Origin: the human T2T-CHM13v2.0 reference genome, Homo sapiens
DNA length: 64,000 nucleotides
NCBI RefSeq assembly: GCF_009914755.1
Contig: NC_060925.1
Direction: 5' to 3' (one strand)
Shown: in pieces, positions 32,772 through 48,750 of the stretch
Numbering within the stretch: position 1 is the first letter of the stretch
Layout: the number at the start of each line of letters is the position of its first letter
Position numbers and translations under genes: made by a program
Notes under the pieces: generated by a model
The model's input: only the letters and a program-made list of their open reading frames with translations
Told to the model about the DNA's origin: nothing
Database searches by the model: none

Positions 32772-34679
32772 TCAGCATAGTGGACATGGACGAGGGGGCA
32801 GCTTGTTTCTCATTGCACAATCTTTTTTAAAGTGTCCTTGTAAACCACACTGATAACAAGCCCTACTGGGTGATTGGCCTGCTCCATATTCTGTCCTCTC
32901 TGAACCACCAAGGTTTGTTTGTCTGAGGGCCCTGACTAAGGCTGCAGCCTTTCTCTGATCTCGCTTTTCCTTTTGGGCCTGTTCCTCTTGGTCCCTGTTA
33001 TAGAACACCAAGGTTGCCAGGTTTAATAATTCCTGCAGATTTTGTTCAGGGCCCAGGGCTTGCTTTTGGAGCTGTCTCCTGATATCTGCAGCTGACTGGG
33101 TAATAAACTTATCTTTTAGAATCAATTGACCCTCGAGTGATTCGGGTGACAGGGGAGTATATTTTCTTAAGGCCTCTCTTAGCCGCTCGAGGAAGGCAGA
33201 AGGCTTTTCTTCTTGTCCCTGAGTTATAGTGGACATCATTGAATAATTCATGGGCTTTTTCCTAATTCCCTTTAGTCCTTCAAGAACACAGGTCAACAGA
33301 TGTTTATGACTCCAGTCCCCATGATCTGAGTCAAAGTCCCAGTGGGGATCCATAGTGGGGATGGCTTGCTGACCAGTAAGGAATTTGTCCCTTTCTTTGG
33401 CTGTCATTCTATCATTTACTTGACTAAGATACCAGGTATCTCCAAACTCTCGGGCTGCAGCTAAAGCTGCATTCTTTTCAATAAAGGCTAGGGTTTGATC
33501 TAACAATAGCATGACATCTCTCCAAGCGAGATCGAATGTTTGCCCTAGACCCTGTAGGACATCTTTGTACCTATCAGGATCATCTGAAAACTTCCCCAGG
33601 TCTGCCTTGATCTGCTTTAAATCAGAGAGGGAGAAGGGGACATGGAGAACTTTTGTGTCTAGCTAAAGGATTGTAAATGCACCAATTAGCACTCTGTCAA
33701 AATGGACCAATCAGCTCTCTGTAAAAGGGACCCCCCCCCAATCAGCTCTCTGTAAAATGGACCAATCAGCTCTCTGTAAAATGGACCAATCAGCAGGATG
33801 TAGGTGGGGCCAAATAAGGGAATAAAAGCAGGCCACCTGAGCCAGCAGTGGCAACCCACTCGGGTCCTGTTCCATGCTGTGGAAGCTTTGTTCTTTCGCT
33901 CTTCACAATAAATCTTGCTGCTGCTCACTCTTTGGGTCCACACTACCTTTATGAGCTGTAACATTCACCGTGAAGGTCTGCAGCTTCACTCCTGAAGCCA
34001 GCAAGACCATGAACCCACTGGGAGGAACGAACAACTCTGGAAGTGCCACCTTTATGAGCTGTAACACTCACCGTGAAGGTCTGCAGCTTCACTCCTGAAG
34101 TCAGCAAGACCACGAACCCAACAGAAGGAAGAAACTCTGGACACATCCGTACATCAGAAGGAACAAACTCTGGACACACCATCTTTAAGAACTGTAACAC
34201 TCACCACAAGAGTCCGCGGCTTCATTCTTGAAGTCAGTGAGACCAAGAACCCACCAATTCTGGACACATTTTGGCGACCACAAAGGGACCATCGCTTATC
34301 ACCAAGTGGTGAGACTATCACCTATCACCTATCACCAAGCGGTGAGTACCATTGAACCCCTTTCACTTGCTATTCTGTCCTATTTTTCCGTAGAATTTGG
34401 GGGCTAAATACCGGGCACCTGTCAGCCAGTTAAAAGCAACTAGCATGGCTGCCAGACTAAAGACACAGGTGTCAGGCTCTCTGGCAAAGGGCTCTCAAAC
34501 AACCCCCAACTACTTCCCTCAGGTGGCCATTTTTCCCCATCAAAGAGAGAATATTGGGGCCAGGCCATAGTGCAGAAAAAAGTGAGCTGCCTCTTTTTCA
34601 GGGTTTGTGGGTCAAATTGGTCCCAATGTCTTACAATGCATTTCAAGGGGGAGCCCGTTGATGCCTGAGTGTTTCCCAC
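32772..34679 (-). pseudogene. gag: ERV9 gag, interrupted by an inverted LTR segment
   Basis: N-terminus (G)[12 protein letters not shown]...EKWPPEGS at 34679-34512 (start reads GTG); CA/NC ORF 32772-33512 with MHR-like ITQGQEEKPSAFLERL and CYQCGLQGHFKKDC. Confidence 0.9.
33636..34511 (+). mobile_element. Third, inverted partial LTR12 plus PBS plus leader inside gag
   Basis: Sense-orientation LTR12 (U3 part, R, U5 ending tggacaca 34268), PBS tggcgaccacaaagggac 34272-34289, leader to aacccccaact. Confidence 0.93.
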
Positions 34680-35944
34680 CTGAAAGACAAAACCACCCAC
34701 GGTTTTGGTTTGTTTTGTTTCTCCCCCTGCCCAAGAACCCACAACGGGTCCCTGGACCCTGCTGATTAGAATAGTTGCACTCACCGATGCAGTAGCAGAA
34801 ACAACCCCTGCCCAAGAACCCACAACGGTCCCTGGACCCTGCTGATCAGAATAGTTGTGCTCACTGACGCAGCAACAGAAACATTAATTTTCCTCCCAGA
34901 CCACAAGGAAGACTGAGGAAGGTCAGATTTTGTGGCTCTTACCAATGCATTCTCAAAAACCTGCACCCTTTCCTGTCCTCCTAGATCACAAAGAGGACTG
35001 AGAAAAATCAGATTTAGTGGCCCTTACTGATGCATTCTTGAAAACCTGTTAGAGTCCTAAGCATTCTCCTGTTAGTATTGGGACCTTACCCATGTCCTAT
35101 AAAGATGTTATGCCCCAAAAATGAAATGCAGGGCCATACCCTGAGGGAAGGAAGGGCTCTCCAGAGTTGGAAGAGTGATGCCTTTTGTCCCCACTTGTAT
35201 GAATAGGAAGGATACAATTTCTGAGGCTCCCCATATCCTAGCTTCAGGAATAGCTTTTGTTAGGCCTGCTAGTCTGAGGAGGGATCCTAAAATTCCAGAT
35301 AGTCCCCCCTATGATGGGGCTTTGGGCAAAAATTATGTCTTTCTGATTGGTGAGCCCGGGTGCCCAAAGAAGGTAACAGAATCCTGGAGTTTATACTAGA
35401 AATCATTCTTATAGGAGAAACTAGAAAAGCCCAAGAGACAGGGAGTGGTTTTTTAGAAGCGGGACTAGCTTCGGAGAAGAGAGGTGAGACGAAGTTTGTC
35501 TGGCAGGCGTTAGGACCCAGGCAGCAAGGGTCAGGATAGATAGGAGAGATGGGTGAGTCTCGCTTGGGCAACATGCCTTTGAGAGTTCCACTCATGGCCA
35601 CAGGGCCAACCAACTTGTTGGGACCCCGGAGCTGAATGGCTTTCCTCTCTGTCAACCCTCAGCTCAGCCCAGAAGTACAGGAAAAGCAGAAGCTGGTTCC
35701 AGGCAAACCAACACTCCCAACTCCGAAGAGTCGGGGATTGTTAGAGAGCCCTTTGCCAGAAAGCCTGACAACCATGACTTTAGTCCGGCAGCTGCACTAG
35801 TCGCCTTTAACTGGCCAACAGGTGCCTGGTATTTAGCCCCCAGATTCTAAGGAAAAATAGGACAGAATAGCAAGTGAAAGGGGTTCAATGGTACTCACCG
35901 CTTGGCAATAGGTGATAGTCTCACCGCTTGGCGATAAGCGATGT

Positions 35945-35961
35945 TCTCTTCATGGTCACCA
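35945..35961 (-). promoter_or_regulatory. ERV9 primer-binding site (tRNA-Arg type), mutated
   Basis: Minus strand tggtgaccatgaagag immediately after the 5' LTR. Confidence 0.75.
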
Positions 35962-35964
35962 AAA

Positions 35965-36623
35965 TGTGTCCAGAATTGGAGAATTGGTGGGTTCTTGGTC
36001 TCACTGACTTCAAGAATGAAGCCGCGGACCCTCATGGTGAGTGATACAGTTCTTATAGATGGTGTGTCCGGAGTTTGTTCCTTCTGATGTTCAGATGTGT
36101 CCAGAGTTTCTTCCTTCTGGTGGGTTCGTGGTCTCGCTGGCTTCAGGAGTGAAGCTGCAGACCTTCACAGTGAATGTTACAGCTCATAAAGGTAGTGTGG
36201 ACCCAAAGAGTGAGCAGCAGCAAGATTTATTGCAAAGAGCGAAAGAACAAAGCTTCCACAGCATGGAAGGGGACTTGAGTGGGTTGCCACTGCTGGCTCA
36301 AGTGGCCTGCTTTTATTCTCTTATTTGGCCCCACCTACATCCTGCTGATTGGTCCATTTTACAGAGCAGATTGGTCCATTTTACAGAGAGCTGATTGGTC
36401 TGTTTTGACAGAGTGCTGACTGATGCATTTACAAATCTTTAGCTAGACACAGAGGGCTGATTGGTGCATTTACAATCTTTTAGCTAGACACAAAAGTTCT
36501 CCAAGTCCCCACCCGATTAGCTAGACACAGAGTGCTGACTGGTGCATTTACAATCCTTTAGCTAGACAGAAAAATTCTCCAAGTCCCCACCTGACCCAGA
36601 AGCCCAGCTAGCTTCACCTCTCA
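35965..36623 (-). mobile_element. ERV9 5' LTR (LTR12)
   Basis: Minus strand begins TGAGAGGTGAAGCTAGCTGGGCTTCTGGG, has multiple CCAAT boxes, ends GGACACA. Confidence 0.95.
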
Positions 36624-37043
36624 ATGTCTAATATCTATATTCTTCTTCTGTGCTGCTCTACTTATCCTATAAAAATGTCTCATCTTCCTAGCTATATTGG
36701 AAGCTCTTTCTTTGAGGTCAGAGGCTGAGATGTACATGTCTCACTATTGCCCTTACATTGGTTAAGGTACTTTTATTTGCAAATAACAAAAACACCAACT
36801 AAGACTGATTCAGATAATCAAGAGATTTTATAGATGTTTGCACTAAAAGGTCCAAAGGTAGATCTAGCCTAAGGTAAGGATTGATTCATGACTTCATATC
36901 ACCAAGGACCTTGTTTCCTTTCTCCCCCTATTTCTGCCTTCCTCCGAAAGATGGCTTTTGGAGTGGTCCTCCAAAAATATCTGCCAACAGCAATAAAGAC
37001 CCTTTTCTTCCTTACTCTTATTTAGCATAAAAGAAAGAGAACT

Positions 37044-37343
<300 letters not shown>

Positions 37344-37430
37344 AAGAGGACACCAGTTTCAGTATTCCTAGCAAATTATTATGATTTACTTTAAAGGATA
37401 TGCCCAGTAATTACTGAATCAATCACCATA

Positions 37431-37434
<4 letters not shown>

Positions 37435-37518
<84 letters not shown>
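37435..37518 (+). repeat. Compound (TG)n(AG)n microsatellite
   Basis: About 23 TG units followed by about 18 AG units. Confidence 0.95.
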
Positions 37519-37519
<1 letters not shown>

Positions 37520-38681
37520 TGAGTTCATCGGTTTAGCCCAAGACACCTGGTGGGCCACATAGAATGTGCTCCTAGAATAATGTGTGGTGTTCAAACCAAA
37601 ATGGAAGTGGTTGAGAAGCGGGACATAGAACCTCAGGATTGGCAGAGGCCTTGAAAGTTGGTCAGTACAGCCTCTCTTATAGTGCTTCTACCTCCTAGAA
37701 TAATCCTTTTCTTTGAACAATTCAGTCTTTTAGAATACTAATATCTGAATCTAGACCCTAGTGGTAGGTCCAAGTTCACTTAGAATAAGCCTAATCTCTT
37801 CTCCATGAGGATGCTTTTTGCATTGGAGCATGGCTATCCTGCTTTCCTTCAGTGGTTCCAAGTGGCAGGGTTCACACTCTTTTACCACCTGTTTATTGCA
37901 CAGAAGCCCCCAGGAAGCCCTAATGTTGGGAAAATTGGGAGCTCCCAATAGAATGAGCTTCCTTGATGACCCTGCCTACTCCCACTGCTCTGGGCCCAGT
38001 TCTTGTAGGGAGCAGGGACAGTTGTTTCTCACTGCGGTGGCCCATGAGGCCCTGTCTGAGGCTGCTGATCTTCCTACTGCAACACACCAGGGCTGGCAAG
38101 TGTCGAGCTTTCAGAAGTATATCTGTAAGTATTTTTCCCTCTAACTCGGTTTCTTGCTCTCTGGAGAAAAGGGAAGATGCGACCACAGTTCTTTATTTTG
38201 TTGACACCCTGGAACAGATAGAAAATGTCTAGCTGCTACAGAGAGTAATCTAAGGAAAGAAAGCCTTTTGTGGCTTCAGAAGCCATTTGCAGAGGGCATA
38301 AGTGTTAACACACACCGCTTAGATTCAAAAGCCCAATTTGGCCCCTAGTTAGCTTCTCAGGATTGTTTCTCCTCCCATGAGCGTTTCCTTGGCTGCAGTT
38401 GGAGAGAAGAGAAAAAGTAAAAGCATAGCCTCAGAGTGCCATGCAGTGCAGGGAAAGCAAAGTTCACCAGGAGAGGGGGCAGCTGTGTGCGGTGCCTCAG
38501 GGCCACTATTGATTTGCCAATGAGATTCCGTTGCTGGAAGCTGAACTTATTTTGGGTTCCAAAGCAGGTAAGAAGAGGAGAGAATGGGAGTTATCAGACT
38601 AAAGGAGACAGCAGAGGAGTTGTGTTTTGTTTGAAGCACCCTCAATCTTTTGCTTTTTAAAAACTGAAATACAACTGTTGA

Positions 38682-38988
<307 letters not shown>

Positions 38989-39209
38989 ATGAGGTGCCAG
39001 TTCTAACACCGAGCAACAGAAGGCAGGGCTCATCCCTTTTCACAGTGTGGAAAGCAACGAGATGGGGCCTTCCTTCTTGGTCCTCAGCATATTCAGCTCA
39101 TTGGCTTTTTGGAAGGGGAAACTGAGGCATTTTGCACCAGTCAGTCTGCTGCTTAGGATTCACAAGCCAAAGCATTCCATCTTAAAGCAAACAATGACAG
39201 GGTTCTGGA

Positions 39210-39217
39210 TGACGTCA
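39210..39217. promoter_or_regulatory. Perfect CRE palindrome TGACGTCA
   Basis: atgacgtcat, a 10-bp palindrome with retained CpG; motif match only. Confidence 0.35.
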
Positions 39218-39461
39218 TGCTCTTTAGGAAGTCCTAGTGCCCAAACGTAGGCCCTCCTTCACTTAAGGTAGAAAATTGGATTTTGTGTGTGTGTGTCGGG
39301 GTTGGGGGGGGGATTGGTGATACTGTTCCCATCACCACCACTTTACTGTGTTTGACGCCCCCTCCCAGAGCCTTCACTCATTGTTCTGGAAGTGCCCATT
39401 TCTCCCTCTTTGCCCTCCATTGCATTTAGCATCCTAGCAGCTGAACTACATTTTCTAATTA

Positions 39462-39507
39462 TTAGGTTGGTAAAAAAAGTAATGCAGTTTTTGCAATTAC
39501 TTTTAAT
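39462..39507 (+). mobile_element. Half MADE1 (Hsmar1 mariner MITE)
   Basis: ta+ttaggttggtaaaaaagtaatgcagtttttgcaattacttttaat resembles the MADE1 left half; second TIR absent. Confidence 0.7.
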
Positions 39508-39821
39508 ATTTCTCGTCACAAAACCTGTACGCTCTTGGAAGGGAGGGGCTAACATTTTTGAGCACTCCATGGGCCAGGTCTGGGGGCAGGTACTTTTACA
39601 TCCACTTCTGTGAGATACTTACACCTACCCATATTTTACAGATGAGGAAAGTTCAAGTTGTTCACCCAAGACCCCACAGCAAATAGGTGTAGAGCCAGGA
39701 TCCTTACCCAACCTCCAGGGCCCCCTCTCTGCTACACCAGCAGGCATTATCTTGTATTTGTTACATTCCTGTCAGCATGTGTTAGGTTTGGAGTAATAGT
39801 CACTGATTTTTTAACAGTACT

Positions 39822-40436
39822 TTTTAGTTTTTAATTTTTTTTAGAGACGGGGTCACACTCTGCGGTGCAGGCTGGAGTGCAGTGGTGGGATCATAGCTCA
39901 CTGCAACCTCAAACTCCCCGGGGCTCAAGCAGTCCTTCCACCTCAGCCTCCCAAATAGCTAAGATTGCATGTGCACGCCACCACACCCAGCTAATTTATT
40001 TATTTTTTTAATTTCTGGTATTCTTGTTCACTTGGTTACATTTGTATAAAGTTCTGATTGCCGGTTGCTCACATAACAAGTAACAAGGCAGAATTCTTTA
40101 AAGCATTAAAGTTCCTTAAACCTAAAGCTAAATCTTGAATACATTATTGAATTCTTTAATATCCTGATGGCAAAGAGATTGATAGCTGCACATTTGGCAT
40201 GCTTTGTTTTTTGGATTTTATTTTTCATCACAGATTTATTTGGATATGTTATAGTTAATTTTGTAAACCTGCATCAGGTTTATGAATAAAGAACCATTTA
40301 AAAATTTAAAAACAAACAAACAAAAAAACAAGTCTCTCTGTTGCCCAGGCTGGTCTCCAACTCCTGGCTTCAAGCAGTCCTCCTGCCTCAGCCTTCCAAT
40401 TAGCTGGGATTACAGGCACAAACCACCTTACCAGCT
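39822..40436 (-). mobile_element. AluJ split at its linker by a ~300-bp insertion
   Basis: Right monomer ~39840-40000 and left monomer ~40328-40436 separated by non-Alu sequence. Confidence 0.85.
40011..40328 (+). pseudogene. Probable retrocopied mRNA 3'UTR fragment of unknown parent
   Basis: AU-rich unique sequence, AATAAA at 40285-40290 then an A-rich tail, sitting inside an Alu; TSD not resolved. Confidence 0.55.
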
Positions 40437-41514
40437 CACTGCTTATTAACTTCATGTTTTCCATGTCTATCTGAAATCTGATTTGAAATTAACTAAGAGT
40501 AGAGGGGACTCTAGCCAAGATGGCCAAATAGGAACAGCTCCAGTCTACAGCTACCAGCGTGAGTGACGCAGAAGAAGAATGACTTCTGCATTTCCAACTG
40601 AGGTACCAGGTTCATCTCACTGGGGAGTGTCAGACAGCGGGTGCAGGACAGTGGGGGCAGTGCACCGAGCATGAGCCGAAGCAGGGCGAGGCATTGCCTC
40701 ACCTGGGAAGCACAAGGGGTCAGGGAATTCCCTTTCCTAGTCAAGGAAAGGGGTGACAGATGGCACCTGGAAAATCAGGTCACTCCCACCCTAATACTGC
40801 GCTTTCCAATGGTCTTAGCAAATGGCATACTAGGAGATTACCCTCCAGCGCACCTGACTCAGAGGGTCCTACGCCCACAGAGCCTTACTCATTGCTAGCA
40901 CAGCAGTCTGAGATCAAACTGCAAGGCAGCAGTGAGGCTGGGGGAGGGGTGCCCGCCATTGCTGAGGCTTGAGTAGGTAAACAGAGCAATTAGGAAGCTC
41001 AAACTGGCTGGAGCCCACCACAGCTCAAGGAGGCCCGCCTGCCTCTGTAGACTCCACCTCTGGGGGCAGGGCATAGCAAACAAAAGGCAGCAGAAACCTC
41101 TGCAGACTTAAGTGTCCCTGACAGCTTTGAAGAGAGTAGTGGTTCTCCCAGCACACAGCTTGAGATCTGAGAACGGACAGACTGCCTCCTCAAGTGGGTC
41201 CCTGACCCCCAAGTAGCCTAATTGGGAGGCACCCCCCAGTAGGGGCAGACTGACACCTCACACAGCTGGGTACTCCCCAGAGGAATGATCAGGCAGCTAC
41301 ATTTGCTGTTCACCAATATTCGCTGTTCTGCAGCCTCCGCTGCTGATACCCAGGCAAACAGGGTCTGGAGTGGACCTCCAGAAAACTCCAACAGACTTGC
41401 AGCTGAGGGTCCTGACTGTTAGAAGGAAAACTAACAAAAGAAAAGGACATCCACACCAAAACCCGGTCTGTACGTCACCATCATCAAAGACCAAAGGTAG
41501 ACAAAACAACAAAG

Positions 41515-42532
41515 ATGGGGGAAAAAACAGAGCAGAAAAACTGAAAATTCTAAAAATCAGAGCATCTCTCCTCCTCCAAAGGAATGCAGCTCCTCACAAG
41601 CAATGGAACAAAGCTGGATGGAGAATGACTTTGATGAGTTGAGAGAAGGAGGCTTCAGATGATCACACTTCTCCGAGCTAAAGGAGGAGTTTCGAACCCA
41701 TGGCAAAGAAGTTAAAAACCTTGAAAAAAGATTAGACAAATGGATAACTAGAATAACCAATGCTGAGAAGTCCTTAAAGCACCTGATGGAGCTGAAAACC
41801 ACAGCACGAGATCTACGTGACACATGCACAAGCCTTAGTAGCCGATTTGATCAACTGGAAGAAAGAGTATCAGTGATGGAAGATCAAATGAATGAAATGA
41901 AGTGAGAAGAGAAATTTAGAGAAAAAAGAATAAAAAGAAATGAACAAAGCCTCCAAGAAATATGGGACTATGTGAAAAGACCAAATCTACATCTGATTGG
42001 TGTACCTGAAAGTGACGGGGAGAATGGAACTAAGTTGGAAAACACTCTGCAGGATATTATCCAGGAGAACTTCCCCAATCTAGCAAGGCAGGCCAACATT
42101 CAAATTCAGGAAATACAGAGAACGCCACAAAGATACTCCTCTAGAAGAGCAACTCCAAGACACATAATTGTCAGATTCACCAAAGTTGAAATGAAGGAAA
42201 AAGTGTTAAGGGCAGCCAGAGAGAAAGGTCGGGTTACCTACAAACGGAAGCCCATCAGACTAACAGCGGATCTCTCAGCAGAAACTCTACAAGCCAGAAG
42301 AGAGTGGGGGTCAATATTCAACATTCTTAAAGAAAAGAATTTTCAACCCAGAATGTCATATCTAGCCAAACTAAGCTTCATAAGTGAAGGAGAAATAAAA
42401 TACTTTACAGACAAGCAAATGCTGAGAGATTTTTTCACCACCAGGCCTGCCCTACAAGAGCTCCTGAAGGAAGCACTAAACATGGAAAGGAACAACCGGT
42501 ACCAGCCACTGCAAAAACATGCCAAATTGTAA
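41515..42532 (+). pseudogene. L1 ORF1p, disrupted (extra G after ATG; premature TGA near 41903)
   Basis: C-terminal part open: KRPNLHLIGVPE...YQPLQKHAKL. Confidence 0.9.
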
Positions 42533-42580
42533 AGACCATCGAGGCTAGGAAGAAACTGCATCAACTAATGAGCAAAATAA

Positions 42581-46987
<4,407 letters not shown>

Positions 46988-47259
46988 ACAATGAGAACAC
47001 ATGGACACAAGAAGGGGAACATCACACACCAGGGCTTGTTATGGGGTGGAGCGGGGGAGGGATAGCATTAGGAGATATACCTAATGTTAAATGACCAGTT
47101 AATGGGTGTAGCACACCAGCATGGCACATGTATACATATGTAACAAACCCGCACGTTCTGCACATGTACCCTAAAACTTAAAGTATAATAAAAAAAAAAG
47201 AAATTAACTAAGAGTATTTATAAGTGGAAGAGCATGATAAATAATTTTTAAAATGTCTA

Positions 47260-48232
<973 letters not shown>

Positions 48233-48579
48233 TAAAAATGTCTAATGATATCTTGTAACTCATGTCATATTATTTAGTTGTCTTGATAAATTTTTATTCA
48301 ATACCCATAATTTCTACAAAGCTAGTGTATTTCCAGTTCCATAGATGAAGATAAACTTCCATCTCCAATCTCCATCTTCTTTTAAGCTTTTATTTCAGTT
48401 GTACCTGGGAGTAATAGAAATGGCTCTTAACTCATTCTTCCCTGAAAATAATGGACAAACAGTAGTTTTGCCACTATGTCAATGACATATATTCTCTGTG
48501 TGTGTGTGTGTGTGCATGTGTATGTGTGTGTAGCTAGAACTTAAAAAGCAGTTAGTATCAGCCATCCTAGGGGCTTCAC

Positions 48580-48750
48580 CTTGATGTTGCCTCAGGGGTA
48601 AGTACTGTTGCTCCATTTAGTAGTTGGGGAAACTGAAGCTCAGATGATTTTGACTTGCTCAAGGTCACATAGCTAGGAAGAGGTCACACTGAGGCACAGA
48701 CCAGGTCTGATTCCAAAGTCATGCTCTTAACCACTGCATATACTGCTGCC
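48580..48750 (+). mobile_element. MIR
   Basis: gggaaactgaagctcaga...tgacttgctcaaggtcacatagct. Confidence 0.75.

Larger units (their letters stand above)
28316..36623 (-). mobile_element. HERV9/ERV9 provirus (two LTR12s, defective gag-pro-pol, truncated env)
   Basis: LTRs at both ends; 4-bp TSD atgt at 28312-28315 and 36624-36627; PBS, PPT, gag CCHC knuckle, RT and RNase H motifs. Confidence 0.95.

Noticed and set aside
33636-34511. Independent solo LTR12 integration into gag
   Set aside because: It lacks the LTR 5' terminus and a TSD, includes PBS and leader, and coincides with loss of gag sequence.
37751-38660. Overlapping 65-108 aa ORFs and a strong donor-like GCAG|GTAAGA near 38567
   Set aside because: No recognisable protein similarity or paired acceptor; ORF lengths are within chance expectation.
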